Assembly: GCA_035325585.1 (NCBI GenBank)
Contig: DAOKZP010000007.1
Location: 11,604-75,603 of the forward strand
Reading direction: 5' to 3'
Origin: Thiobacillaceae bacterium
GTDB lineage: Bacteria > Pseudomonadota > Gammaproteobacteria > Burkholderiales > Thiobacillaceae
Length of the DNA stretch: 64,000 nt
In this document: positions 38,871 to 49,187 of the stretch, piece after piece
How positions within the stretch are numbered: the stretch's first letter is position 1
Layout: each line of letters begins with the position of its first letter
Position numbers and translations under genes: made by a program
The notes under the pieces: model-generated
What the model saw: only the letters and a program-made list of their open reading frames with translations
Databases searched by the model: none
Told to the model about the DNA's origin: nothing

Positions 38871-39446
38871 TCAGGCCAGTGCCCTGACCTGGGGTAGGCG
38901 TGCACGCCGTGGGCTCCCATCCGCCTGGGTGCGTTTCATGTTGCGCAACTCGGAAGCCGGATAGACGACGATGTCGACCGATGCGCGCGGATCGCCGATG
39001 ATGAAGCGTGGATGGGTCCGCCCCGGCGCGTCCGGAGCGCGAAATTCGCCCGCGTGATAGGGTATTTCCATTCCCATCAGCAGGAACTCGAGGGCCTTCT
39101 GCTCATCGGTGAACAGCTGCAGATTGATGTCTGCGTGTGGCCCGGCAGTGCCGTTGAGCACCGGCCCCGTGAGATGAGGGTCGTAGTCGGCCAGCCTTTC
39201 CATGTAATCGATCGCGACCTGCCGCAGCAGGGCGAGTTGCGCGCGCGTGGCGTCGGCCCGATACAGCGCCTGGTAGCTGCGCAGCGCCTCCTCGACCTGC
39301 TGGTTGTCCGGCAGGTTGCCGCTGTCCGCCACGCCCAGCTGCCGCGCGGCTTTGCGTTTCGCGCTTCCGTAATCGAGACTGCCGTCCTCGGCCAGGATGC
39401 GAGCGGCCGCATGGGCGATGTGACGGCGCATGGCTTGGTGCTTCAT
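38871..39446 (-). CDS. Conserved hypothetical protein with a nucleotidyltransferase-like C-terminal half
   Basis: IA.AAARILAE.G..DY..AKRKAA..LG; LTGPVLNGTAG..ADINLQLF; ATGA overlap with the mrcA stop. Confidence 0.7.
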   Translation of the reverse strand: MKHQAMRRHIAHAAARILAEDGSLDYGSAKRKAARQLGVADSGNLPDNQQVEEALRSYQALYRADATRAQLALLRQVAIDYMERLADYDPHLTGPVLNGTAGPHADINLQLFTDEQKALEFLLMGMEIPYHAGEFRAPDAPGRTHPRFIIGDPRASVDIVVYPASELRNMKRTQADGSPRRARLPQVRALA

Positions 39447-41899
39447 TGCTGTACCCAGGGAATGAATGTCATCGGCTCCGCCTTTTTTGCCGATTCGCCC
39501 GCGGGCGGCGCGTCCTGCGGGTCGGCCGGACCCGCAGGATCGGCCGGCGCCGGGTGCACGTCCGGCGCGAAGGGATCGTCGGGGTTGGTTTCCCATTGGG
39601 GGACCGGCGCCTCGGGGGGCGGGAACTCCTGGTAGAAATATTCGACGATACCCTTCTCGTCCGTGCCGAACACGCTGCCGAGTGCGGTCTCCGTCACGCG
39701 GTTGCCGCTCGTGGGGTTGATCTCGGCGCTGATGATCCCCGGTGGCATGGCCCATTCTCCCTGCGGCACGCCGCGGAGCGCGGACGTCATGAAGCTCATC
39801 CAGATGGGCAGTGCGGACTGCGCGCCGGTTTCCCGGCGCCCCAACGAGCGGGGCTGATCGAAGCCCATCCAGGTGATCGCGACGAGATCGGGCGTGTAGC
39901 CCGAAAACCACGTGTCGCGAGAATCGTTGGTGGTTCCGGTCTTCCCGGCGAGATCGCTGCGCCCGAGCCGGCCTGCGCGTGCCGCGGTCCCGTAGCGGAC
40001 CACGTCCTGCATCATGTGGGTCATCAGCCAGGCGTTGCGCGGATCGATCACGCGCGGCGCATCCCCCCCGGCTCGCGGCGGACTGGCCTTCATCACGAGC
40101 TTTCCGGTCTGGTCATAGACCTTGTCGATGAAGTAAGGCTGGATGCTGTAGCCGCCGTTGGCAAAGACGCTGTAGGCCGCGGCCATCTGCAGCGGCGTGA
40201 CGCTGCCCGCACCCAGGGCCATGGTGAGATACGGAGGATGGCGCGCCGGATCGAAGCCGAAACGGCGGATGTAATCGCGCGCGTAGAACGGGTCGATGCT
40301 CTGCAGGATCCGGATCGACACGAGATTGAGCGACTTGGTCAGCGCCGTGCGCATCCGCACGTGCCCGCTGGTCGTGCCATCGTAGTTCTTGGGTTCCCAC
40401 GCGGTACTGCCGGTTTCCGCGGCGGTCAGCGACAGCGGCGCATCATCGATGATGGTCGCGGGCGTGTAGCCTTTTTCCAGCGCAGCCGAGTAGATGAAGG
40501 GCTTGAAGCTGGACCCCGGCTGGCGCCATGCCTGGGTTACCCGGTTGAACTTGTTGCGGTTGAAGTCGAAACCTCCGACCAGCGCCGTGATGGCGCCGCT
40601 CTTCGGGTCGAGCGCGACCAGCGCGGCTTCGACTTCCGGTAGTTGCACGAGCCGCCATTGCGGTTTCTTGCCACCCACCGCCTGGACGCGGACTACCGCA
40701 CCCGGGGTGAGCGCGCGCCCCTTCTTGGCTGCGCTCCAGTTCGCGACCCACTTCAGTGACTGGCCGGAGATCTCGGCGATCGTACCATCCTGCAGTTGGG
40801 CGCGGACGAGTCCGGCATCCGCACTGAGTACCACGGCCGGCAGCATCTCGCTGACAGGCGGCAGGTCGGCGAGCGCGTCGGCGATGGCGGTGTTGCGCTG
40901 TGCTGCGTCGCCCGGCAGAACGATCTGTTTTTCCGGCCCGCGATAGCCATGGCGCCGATCGTAGTCCGCGACGCCTTCCCAGACGGCGAGATTGGCGGCG
41001 CGCTGCTGCTCGGCGACCAGCGTGGTGACCGCCTTGTATCCCGAGCTGTAGATGGCCTCCCCGTACTTTTCGAACAGCGCCTGGCGGACCATCTCGGCCG
41101 CGTAGTCGGCCACGACGTCCGTCTGCCGCCGTGGAGGACGGATCACCAGCTTCTGGGCGACGGCGGCCTTGCGTGTCGCCTCGTCGATGAACTTGAGCGT
41201 GTGCATGCGGCCCAGCACGTATTCCTGGCGTGCCTTGGCGCGCGGGAAATTGACCACCGGGTTGTAGCGCGAAGGGGCTTTGGGCAACCCCGCCAGCATG
41301 GCGAATTCGGCCAGCGAAAGCTCCCGCATCGGCTTGCCGAAATAGGTGTTGGCTGCGGCCTCGAAACCGTAGGCGCGTTGTCCGAGGTAGATCTGGTTGA
41401 TGTACAGCTCGAGGATCTTGTCCTTCGACAGGCTGTGTTCGATCTTCATCGCCAGCATCGCTTCGGATAGCTTGCGGCTGAAGGTTTTCTCATTGGACAG
41501 GAAGAAATTGCGCGCGACCTGCATGGTGATGGTGGAGGCGCCTTCCTTGACGCCACCCGACAGCAGGTTGGAACCGGCGGCCCGCAGCACGCCGAGGGTG
41601 TCGACGCCGCCATGGGTGTAGAAGCGCTCGTCCTCCGCCGCGATGATCGCCTGCTTCATGTAGGCGGGAACCTTGTCGATGGCGACGAAGGCGCGTCGTT
41701 CCTCACCGAACTCGCCGATCAGTGCGCCATCCGCGGTGTAGACCCGGAGCGGCTGCTTGGGCTTGTAGTCGGTAAGTGCCTCGAGGGGCGGCAGGTTGGG
41801 GTAGATCAGCGCCGCTGCGAGGCCCGCCAGCGCGCTTCCCACCACCCCGAGACTGACGATCAGGGCGAGCGCGTAGTGCCACCATTTGGAAAACATCAA
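39443..41899 (-). CDS. mrcA: Penicillin-binding protein 1A
   Basis: Transglycosylase EDERFY, GASTITMQ, RKLSE; transpeptidase SSFK, SLN, KTG; divergent from pilM. Confidence 0.96.
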   Translation of the reverse strand: MMFSKWWHYALALIVSLGVVGSALAGLAAALIYPNLPPLEALTDYKPKQPLRVYTADGALIGEFGEERRAFVAIDKVPAYMKQAIIAAEDERFYTHGGVDTLGVLRAAGSNLLSGGVKEGASTITMQVARNFFLSNEKTFSRKLSEAMLAMKIEHSLSKDKILELYINQIYLGQRAYGFEAAANTYFGKPMRELSLAEFAMLAGLPKAPSRYNPVVNFPRAKARQEYVLGRMHTLKFIDEATRKAAVAQKLVIRPPRRQTDVVADYAAEMVRQALFEKYGEAIYSSGYKAVTTLVAEQQRAANLAVWEGVADYDRRHGYRGPEKQIVLPGDAAQRNTAIADALADLPPVSEMLPAVVLSADAGLVRAQLQDGTIAEISGQSLKWVANWSAAKKGRALTPGAVVRVQAVGGKKPQWRLVQLPEVEAALVALDPKSGAITALVGGFDFNRNKFNRVTQAWRQPGSSFKPFIYSAALEKGYTPATIIDDAPLSLTAAETGSTAWEPKNYDGTTSGHVRMRTALTKSLNLVSIRILQSIDPFYARDYIRRFGFDPARHPPYLTMALGAGSVTPLQMAAAYSVFANGGYSIQPYFIDKVYDQTGKLVMKASPPRAGGDAPRVIDPRNAWLMTHMMQDVVRYGTAARAGRLGRSDLAGKTGTTNDSRDTWFSGYTPDLVAITWMGFDQPRSLGRRETGAQSALPIWMSFMTSALRGVPQGEWAMPPGIISAEINPTSGNRVTETALGSVFGTDEKGIVEYFYQEFPPPEAPVPQWETNPDDPFAPDVHPAPADPAGPADPQDAPPAGESAKKAEPMTFIPWVQQ

Positions 41900-42087
41900 G
41901 TTCCTTCGAAGTGAAGTCTAAAGTTTTTGGCGATTATAGGCGCTAGTGGTGTCGGAAGCGGGGCGCAGCGGTACGAGCCCCGGGGTCGGGGCGGGAAACC
42001 AAGCTTTGGAAACCGTGGGTTGCTGCCAACACAAGAAAGCACGCAAGAACGATCGGCACTCCACAGACACTTAAAAGGGAAAGACCG

Positions 42088-43176
42088 TTGCATCTCAACA
42101 TCAATTTCGACTTTTTGTCGCCCAAGCGCCTGCCGATCATCGGGCTCGACATCAGCACGACCGCGGTCAAGCTGGTTGAGTTGTCCGACCTCGGCAAGGG
42201 GAGGCTGCGGCTCGAGCGCTACGTGATCGAGCCGATGCCCCGGGACGCGGTCGCGGACGGCAACATCGCCAACCTCGATCAGGTCGCCGATACGGTGCGC
42301 ACCGCCTGGAAGAACCTCCGGTCGGGCATCCGCAACGTCGTCCTGGCGCTGCCTTCGTCGGCGGTCATCAGCAAGAAGATTCTCGCGCCGGCGAACCTGA
42401 AGGGCATGGAACTGGAGGGCCAGGTCGAGACCGAGGCGAGCCAGGTGATCCCGTTCTCCCTGGATGAGGTCAACCTCGACTTCCAGGTACTCGGCCCCTC
42501 GCCCAGCGGTGCGGATGACATGCAGATACTGCTTGCCGCGGCGCGCAAGGAAAAGGTCGAGGAGCGGGTGGCCGTGGCCGAAGCCGCCGGTCTCAAGGCA
42601 CTGATCATGGACGTCGAAAGTTACGCCACGCAGACGGCCTATGAGCAGATCGCCCCGCTGCTTGCGAACGAAGGCGTCGGCCTGACGGTGGCGATCGTCG
42701 ACATCGGCGCGCATAAGATGGACGTCAACGTCCTCAACGACAACGAGTCGGTGTACTTGCGCGAGCATGCCTTTGGCGGCGACCAGCTGAACAACGAGAT
42801 CGCGCGCCGCTACGGAATGAGCAGCGAGGAGGCCGACAACGCGAAGCGCAAGGGAACGCTGCCGGACACCTACGAAGCCGAGGTGCTGCAACCCTTCGCC
42901 GAGACGCTCGCGATGGAAATCACACGCGCCCTGCAGCTCTTCACGACGTCCACGCAGTATCGCAAGGTCGACCAGATCCTGCTGGCCGGCGGCTGCGCCA
43001 CGATACCGGGCATCGACCGCACGGTAGCGCAGCGGACCGGAACGGCGACGATGATCGCGAATCCGTTCACCAGCATGGTCATCGGCTCCAAGATCCGTCC
43101 CCAGGCCCTGGCTGCGGATGCACCTTCCCTTTTCGTCGCCTGTGGCCTCGCCATGCGGAGGTTCGACGCCCAATGA
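42088..43176 (+). CDS. pilM: Type IV pilus assembly protein PilM (start uncertain)
   Basis: GLDISTTAVKLVEL, IPFSLDEVNLDF, VDIGA, LAGG, ACGLAMR. Confidence 0.95.
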   Translation: MHLNINFDFLSPKRLPIIGLDISTTAVKLVELSDLGKGRLRLERYVIEPMPRDAVADGNIANLDQVADTVRTAWKNLRSGIRNVVLALPSSAVISKKILAPANLKGMELEGQVETEASQVIPFSLDEVNLDFQVLGPSPSGADDMQILLAAARKEKVEERVAVAEAAGLKALIMDVESYATQTAYEQIAPLLANEGVGLTVAIVDIGAHKMDVNVLNDNESVYLREHAFGGDQLNNEIARRYGMSSEEADNAKRKGTLPDTYEAEVLQPFAETLAMEITRALQLFTTSTQYRKVDQILLAGGCATIPGIDRTVAQRTGTATMIANPFTSMVIGSKIRPQALAADAPSLFVACGLAMRRFDAQ

Positions 43177-43751
43177 TTCGCATCAACCTACTCCCCCATC
43201 GTGAACTTGCACGTGCGGCCCGCCGACGCCAGTTCAACGTCCTGCTCGCGATCGCGGTCGTGACCGGCGGGCTGATCGTGGCGCTCGGCCACATTTTCAT
43301 TGAGGCGCGGCAATCCGCCCAGGATGAGCGTAACGCGTTTCTCGAGCAGGAGATCGCCAAGCTCGACAGCCAGATCGGCGAGATCAAGAAAATCCGCGAA
43401 CAGACGCAGGCCCTGCTCGAGCGCAAGCAGGTCGTGGAGACGCTGCAGGCGAACCGCACCGAGGTGGTCCATCTGGTCGACCAGATGATCCGCTTGCTGC
43501 CGGACGGTCTGTACCTGAAGTCGTTCAAGCAAGTGGGCGACGTGGTCACCATCAACGGCTATACGCAGTCGAGTGCCCGCGTGTCGACCCTGATGCGCAA
43601 TTTCAACGATTCCGAGTGGTTCGATTCGGCCAACCTGGTCGAGATCAAGGCGGCCACCGTGAACAATCTCCGCGCCAACGAATTCGTGCTCACCGTCAAG
43701 CAGACGCGCCAGCAGGCGGAGACGGCCGATGACAAGGAGCACAAGGCATGA
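43173..43751 (+). CDS. pilN: Type IV pilus assembly protein PilN
   Basis: MIRINLLPHR motif followed by a TM helix and coiled coil. Confidence 0.95.
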   Translation: MIRINLLPHRELARAARRRQFNVLLAIAVVTGGLIVALGHIFIEARQSAQDERNAFLEQEIAKLDSQIGEIKKIREQTQALLERKQVVETLQANRTEVVHLVDQMIRLLPDGLYLKSFKQVGDVVTINGYTQSSARVSTLMRNFNDSEWFDSANLVEIKAATVNNLRANEFVLTVKQTRQQAETADDKEHKA

Positions 43752-44374
43752 ATCTGGGCGAGCTCAACAACCTGGACCTGAAAACGCTGGCGGACTGGCC
43801 GCTGCCGACCAAGCTGGTCGCGCTCGCACTCCTGTGTGCCGCGATCGTCCTCGCAGGGTGGTGGTTCGACTGGCGCGGCGGCATGGAAAGTCTGGATGCC
43901 GCGAAACAGCGGGAGACCGAGCTGCGCGGCGTGTTCACCACGAAGAAGGGTCAGGCGATCAACCTCGAAGCGTACAAGAAGCAGCTCGCGGACATCGAGC
44001 AGGCCTTCGGCGCCCTGCTCAAGCAACTGCCCAACAAGCAGGAAATGGATGCGCTGATCACCGACGTCAACCAGGCCGGTCTGGGGCGCGGGCTGCAGTT
44101 CGACCTGTTCCGGCCCGAGGGGGAAACCGTGTCCGAGTTCTATGCGGAGACGCCGATCCAGGTGAAGGTCACGGGCGGGTATCACGATGTCGCGGCGTTC
44201 GTCAGCGACGTCTCCAAGCTTTCGCGCATCGTGACCATGCAGAACATCGGCATGGAGCCGAGCAAGGATGGCGCGCTCAACATGGACGCGGTCGTCAAGA
44301 CCTATCGCTACCTCGATGAGGAGGAGGTCGTCGCCCGCAAGCAGCAAGCCCAAGCCAAGGAGCCGAAGAAATGA
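43748..44374 (+). CDS. pilO: Type IV pilus assembly protein PilO
   Basis: WPLP.K, LLKQLPNKQEM, FYAE.PI, KTYRYLD. Confidence 0.95.
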   Translation: MNLGELNNLDLKTLADWPLPTKLVALALLCAAIVLAGWWFDWRGGMESLDAAKQRETELRGVFTTKKGQAINLEAYKKQLADIEQAFGALLKQLPNKQEMDALITDVNQAGLGRGLQFDLFRPEGETVSEFYAETPIQVKVTGGYHDVAAFVSDVSKLSRIVTMQNIGMEPSKDGALNMDAVVKTYRYLDEEEVVARKQQAQAKEPKK

Positions 44375-44871
44375 GGAAGCAACTGGCCGGTATCATGATC
44401 GCGCTGGCACTGGCAGGCTGCGCCGGCGACGGCACGGATGACCTCCGGGTCTTCGTCGCCGAAAGCGGGCGCGACATGCAGGGGAAGATCGATCCCTTGC
44501 CGGAGGTCAAGGTGTATGAGCCTTTCACCTATGACGCATTCGATTTGCCCGATCCCTTCAAGCCCAGAAAGCTCGCCACGGGGGGTGGCGGGGGCGTGCA
44601 ACCGGATCTCACGCGCCCCAGGGAGCCGCTCGAGACGTTTTCCCTGGAAACCTTGAAGATGGTGGGGATGGTGTCCAAGAAGGGAACGATCCATGCGGTC
44701 ATCAAGACGCCGGACAACACCGTTTATCACATCAGGAAGGGCAACTACGCCGGCCAGAATTACGGCCTCGTGACGGGGATCAGCGACAGCGAGGTCACGC
44801 TGCGCGAGATCATCCAGGATAGCGCCGGCGATTGGTCGGAGCGCATCAGCACCCTGATTCTGCAGGAATGA
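44371..44871 (+). CDS. pilP: Type IV pilus lipoprotein PilP
   Basis: Lipobox LAGC, DPF, REPLE.F.L, GNY.GQNYG. Confidence 0.95.
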   Translation: MRKQLAGIMIALALAGCAGDGTDDLRVFVAESGRDMQGKIDPLPEVKVYEPFTYDAFDLPDPFKPRKLATGGGGGVQPDLTRPREPLETFSLETLKMVGMVSKKGTIHAVIKTPDNTVYHIRKGNYAGQNYGLVTGISDSEVTLREIIQDSAGDWSERISTLILQE

Positions 44872-44890
44872 CTTGTATAAAGAGGCTGAC

Positions 44891-47065
44891 ATGAAATTGC
44901 CGAGAACTGTCCAGAAAATCGCCCGCCACCTGTCGGGGTTTCTTCTCTTCGCCGGCCTGGTGGTCCCGGGTATGGCGTGGGCCGCGAACGCGGTCCAGAA
45001 CGTCGAGGCCACCACCCTGCCGGGCGGCAAGGTGGTCGTCCGCGTCACGCTCCGTGATGCGCTTGCCAGCGTGCCCGCCGGCTTCACGACCGGCAGTCCG
45101 CCGCGCATCGCACTCGATCTGCCCGATACCCGAAACGGCATGAGCCGCAACGCGATCGAGGCCAACCTCGGGCCGCTGGTCAACGTGAACGTCGTCGAGG
45201 CCGGCACGCGTACGCGCCTGGTGCTGAATCTGAACAAACCGGTTGGTTACGACGCGCGGGTCGACGGCAAGTCGCTGTCCATTTCGCTCGGCGAGGGTGT
45301 CGCCACGGCGGCGCCGCTGAACACCAGCCCCCGTTTTGCACAGGCGACATCGGGGACGGCCCGCCACAGCGTGCGCGACGTCGATTTTCGCCGTGGTGCT
45401 GCCGGTGAGGCGCGCATCGTGACGACGCTTTCCGAGGCCCAGACCGGTATCAACATCCGCCAGCAGGCCAACGGGGTGGTCGTCGACTTCATCGGCACGG
45501 ATGTTCCGCAGGCCCTGCGGCGCCGCCTGGACGTGGCTGATTTCGGAACGCCGGTCCAGACCGTCGAGACCTATGCGCTCGGTGACAATACCCGGATGGT
45601 GATCCAGCCGCGCGGCGAGTGGGAATATTCGGCGTATCAGACCGACAACAGCTTCATCGTCGAAGTGAAGGGCGCGACCGACGGCCAGAAAAGAACCGGC
45701 GACGGCAAGGTGAAGTACGTCGGTGAAAAACTCTCGCTCAACTTCCAGAACGTCGAAGTGCGTTCCGTCCTGCAGGTCATCGCCGATTTCACGGGCCTGA
45801 ACATCGTCGCCAGCGACACCGTCGGCGGCAATCTCACCCTGCGCCTGAAGGATGTGCCCTGGGACCAGGCCCTCGATCTGATCATGCAGGCCAAGGGGCT
45901 CGACAAGCGACGCAACGGCAGCGTCATCTGGGTCGCACCTCGGGATGAACTGATGGCGAAGGAGAAGCTCGAGAACGAGGCCAAGTCCGCATTGGTCGAT
46001 CTCGAGCCGCTCAGCACCGAGTACATCGCCCTGAACTACCTGCGTGCGGACGAGGCACAGACCATGCTGTACGGGTTCGCGGGCGGCGCGTTCCTCGCAT
46101 CGGCGCGCAACAATGCCGTCAACTGCTCCGCACAGGCGCAGGGTTTGGGCGGTGCGGCTGCGACACAGGCATCGCAGCGAGGGCAGCAGAATCAGGGCGG
46201 CGAGAGCGACCAGAAGATGCTCACCAAGCGGGGGCGTGCGACCTACGAACTGAAGACCAACACCCTGATCATCACGGACACCCCGAGCAAGATCCAGGAA
46301 ATCCGCGAGCTGCTTGCGCGGCTGGACGTTCCCGCGCGCCAGGTCATGATCGAGGCGCGTGTGGTGGTCGCAACCGATGGGTGGAGCCGCGATCTCGGTG
46401 CGCGTTTGTGGTTCAACCAAGCGAGCACGCGCGAAGTCTTCACCGATTCCCACCGTGCCGGTGCGGAAGGCTACGGGCAGGCGCTGCCGGGCGTCATCGG
46501 CGCGGCTGACGTGGTGCTCTCGCTGCTCAATCTCGAGAACGGCAACCTGCTGGGCCTCGAACTGCGTGCGCTCGAGGCGGAGAACAAGGGCAAGGTGATC
46601 TCCAACCCCCGGGTCATGACGTCGAACCAGAAGCCGGCGGTGATCCTCAACGGTACCCAGATCCCGTACATCACGCCGGGTACGGCGAACAACCCGGCGA
46701 CGGTGACGTTCAAGGACGCCTTCCTGTGTCTGCTGGTCGACCCGCAGATCCTCAACAACGACGCGATCGTCCTGACGGTCGAGGTGCAGAAGGACGCCGT
46801 GCGCGACATCGCGAACATTGGCGACAACCCGGCAATCGACACCAAGCGCATCAAGACGCAGGTCCGTGTGAACAACGGCGAGACGCTCGTGCTGGGCGGC
46901 ATCTTCGACGGAAGCGAAGCGTCGACGGTCAGCAAGGTGCCGCTGCTGGGTGACGTACCGGTGCTGGGCAACCTGTTCAAGACGACCGGCAAGGAAACGG
47001 CGAAGACCGAGCTGATCATCTTCATCACCCCGCGCATCATCGATGAGCGGCTGGCGATGCGCTGA
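44891..47065 (+). CDS. pilQ: Type IV pilus secretin PilQ
   Basis: AMIN domains, LSLNFQ, VPWDQALD, QVMIEARVV, KVPLLGDVP.LG.LF, ELIIFITPRII. Confidence 0.95.
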   Translation: MKLPRTVQKIARHLSGFLLFAGLVVPGMAWAANAVQNVEATTLPGGKVVVRVTLRDALASVPAGFTTGSPPRIALDLPDTRNGMSRNAIEANLGPLVNVNVVEAGTRTRLVLNLNKPVGYDARVDGKSLSISLGEGVATAAPLNTSPRFAQATSGTARHSVRDVDFRRGAAGEARIVTTLSEAQTGINIRQQANGVVVDFIGTDVPQALRRRLDVADFGTPVQTVETYALGDNTRMVIQPRGEWEYSAYQTDNSFIVEVKGATDGQKRTGDGKVKYVGEKLSLNFQNVEVRSVLQVIADFTGLNIVASDTVGGNLTLRLKDVPWDQALDLIMQAKGLDKRRNGSVIWVAPRDELMAKEKLENEAKSALVDLEPLSTEYIALNYLRADEAQTMLYGFAGGAFLASARNNAVNCSAQAQGLGGAAATQASQRGQQNQGGESDQKMLTKRGRATYELKTNTLIITDTPSKIQEIRELLARLDVPARQVMIEARVVVATDGWSRDLGARLWFNQASTREVFTDSHRAGAEGYGQALPGVIGAADVVLSLLNLENGNLLGLELRALEAENKGKVISNPRVMTSNQKPAVILNGTQIPYITPGTANNPATVTFKDAFLCLLVDPQILNNDAIVLTVEVQKDAVRDIANIGDNPAIDTKRIKTQVRVNNGETLVLGGIFDGSEASTVSKVPLLGDVPVLGNLFKTTGKETAKTELIIFITPRIIDERLAMR

Positions 47066-47082
47066 GTCGAGTTGTCATTCGG

Positions 47083-47112
47083 AAGCGCGGGCTCGTCCCG
47101 CGCTTTTTTTTC
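47083..47112 (+). terminator. Rho-independent terminator after pilQ
   Basis: AAGCGCGGG-CTCGT-CCCGCGC followed by a long T run. Confidence 0.88.
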
Positions 47113-47156
47113 CCGCGTGAACGGCTCCGTGCAGGCCGCACAATTAGAATGGCGCG

Positions 47157-47726
47157 ATGGGCAAGCGAGACAATCTTTTCCTCGTCGGTCTCATGGGAGC
47201 AGGCAAGACGACCGTGGGGCGCCTGCTGGCCCGGCACTACGGCTGCACCTTCCATGATTCAGACCACGAAATCGAGGCACGCACGGGCGTTCGCATTCCC
47301 GTGATTTTCGAGATCGAGGGCGAGGCCGGCTTCCGCCGCCGCGAGGAGGCGGTCATCGCGGATCTCACCACCTTGTCCGGTATCGTGCTTGCCACCGGTG
47401 GCGGCGCGGTGCTGTCTGCAGCGAATCGCGAAAATCTTCGGAAGAACGGCACGGTCGTCTATCTGTGCGGCACACCCGAGCGCCTGTTCGAGCGCACCCG
47501 GCACGATCGCAACCGGCCGCTGTTGCAGACTGAAGATCCTCTCGGCCGTCTGCGCGAGCTTTATCGGCAGCGCGACCCGCTCTATCGGGAAATTGCGGAC
47601 GTCATCGTGGATACCGGGCGCCAAGGGGTCGGGAGCATGACGCGTGTGCTGTGCGGCAAGATCGACCTGTTACGCGCCGGTCTGGAGGATCGCGACGGAT
47701 CCGGTGGAAACACTTCCGCGTCTTGA
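47157..47726 (+). CDS. aroK: Shikimate kinase
   Basis: [34 protein letters not shown]. Confidence 0.96.
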   Translation: MGKRDNLFLVGLMGAGKTTVGRLLARHYGCTFHDSDHEIEARTGVRIPVIFEIEGEAGFRRREEAVIADLTTLSGIVLATGGGAVLSAANRENLRKNGTVVYLCGTPERLFERTRHDRNRPLLQTEDPLGRLRELYRQRDPLYREIADVIVDTGRQGVGSMTRVLCGKIDLLRAGLEDRDGSGGNTSAS

Positions 47727-47871
47727 ACCGCGTGGCCAGACGGGTGGACAAACGGCCAGCGTGCGCGTTGGGGGCATTACGCGGTACCGGGAAAACCGTG
47801 CGCGCCCTATCCCGTTCCCGGGAGATCCGTTCGGAACATCGGTCGTCCCGCGCCCGCGGTCGGATGGACTG

Positions 47872-49164
47872 TCAGGATGATTCTTCCGCCGACCGGGTTC
47901 CGGCCTGCGGGTCCGATGTCTGCAGGGTGGATGCAGCCGGAAGTGTGCGGCTGCGGATATCCGAAAACAGCCACGGCAACAGCCAGCCTGTGACCACGAA
48001 GGCGACGTCGGTGAGATCCGCGAAACGCCCGGGAATCGATTGCTGCCTCCATTCGAGCGCAAACGCGAACACGGCGAGCAGCATACCGCCCACGAGCATG
48101 ATCCATGGGCGCCGGCGCCAGGGCGACGCCCATCGCGCCATGAGTCCCAGGGCCATGAACGGCCATAGCGTTTCCAGGATGTCGAGCATGCCGCCGACGG
48201 TGCCGACCTGGCCACGGAACGGCACCCAGTTGATGGCCGAGAGGGCCGATCCCGTGCCCGGTTCGAGCTGAGAGAGTCCATACGCAGCCGGCAGGGCGAT
48301 CGCCGTGTACGCCATGCCGCCCGCCGGACTGCGCGATCGCAGTATCCCCAGGAGCATGATCGCCGCTGCCCAGCCGGCCAGGGCTTCCAGGGTCAGCTGC
48401 CGGCCGACGGCTGGTACCTTGTAGACGAGCACCGCGAGCGAAAATGCCGCGAAGAGCCACAGTGCGGCACGCCGCTCGATCCGGTGGACGAGGAGGCCGA
48501 GGGCGAGAATCTGCAACGCTGATTCGGCTGCCCGGAGCGTGTCGAAGGTCGAAGGATCACGCAGCGTGTGCGCGATCGGCTTGAGGCCGGACCTGAGATT
48601 GCCCACGTCGAGCGAAGGCACGAAGGGGGCGATTTGGGTAAAGGCCCACAGTGCCAGGATGGTCAGGGCGAGATTGGCGAGCGCCCCGTCGATAAACCAT
48701 GCCTCTCGCAGCTGCCGGAGGGAACGACCGGCGGCGGAACGCGGGTCGAGTGCAGTCGCTACGAACGCCCCCATGGCTGCCCCGGCAGTGTTGGCGATCC
48801 AGTCCAGCGGTGACGGCACACGGCTGGGCAGGGCGGACTGCAAGGTTTCGAGGGCAAAGCTGAGGGCGCTGCCCAGGCTGACCGCGAGCACGACGGCGAT
48901 GAGCAAGTTCGTCCGCAATCGCAGCCATAATGCCGTGAGCAAACCGAGGGGTGCGTAGGCCAAGACATTCACCAGCAGGTCGGTTCGGGAAGGGCTTCGC
49001 GGCCAGGGTGCCGTGATAGGATTCGCCCACTCCAAGGGCGGAAACGTCCACTCCCAGAGGGGAAAGAGCGTCCCGTAGACGATCAGCGCGCCGTATAAGA
49101 CGGCGAGCCAGAGCGTTGCCGAGCCTGAGCGCCGGGACGAAGGGATCGCGTGTTCAGAGGGCAT
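47872..49164 (-). CDS. VanZ-like polytopic membrane protein
   Basis: D...NVLAY.PLG, E..Q...P.R..S..D...N..G; about 11-12 hydrophobic segments. Confidence 0.75.
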   Translation of the reverse strand: MPSEHAIPSSRRSGSATLWLAVLYGALIVYGTLFPLWEWTFPPLEWANPITAPWPRSPSRTDLLVNVLAYAPLGLLTALWLRLRTNLLIAVVLAVSLGSALSFALETLQSALPSRVPSPLDWIANTAGAAMGAFVATALDPRSAAGRSLRQLREAWFIDGALANLALTILALWAFTQIAPFVPSLDVGNLRSGLKPIAHTLRDPSTFDTLRAAESALQILALGLLVHRIERRAALWLFAAFSLAVLVYKVPAVGRQLTLEALAGWAAAIMLLGILRSRSPAGGMAYTAIALPAAYGLSQLEPGTGSALSAINWVPFRGQVGTVGGMLDILETLWPFMALGLMARWASPWRRRPWIMLVGGMLLAVFAFALEWRQQSIPGRFADLTDVAFVVTGWLLPWLFSDIRSRTLPAASTLQTSDPQAGTRSAEESS

Positions 49165-49187
49165 TTTTCAGTTCCAGAAAACGAAGC

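Noticed and set aside
35615-38887. 1090-aa plus-strand ORF
   Set aside because: It is antisense to prsK and the sugar transferase, both of which have clear family motifs.
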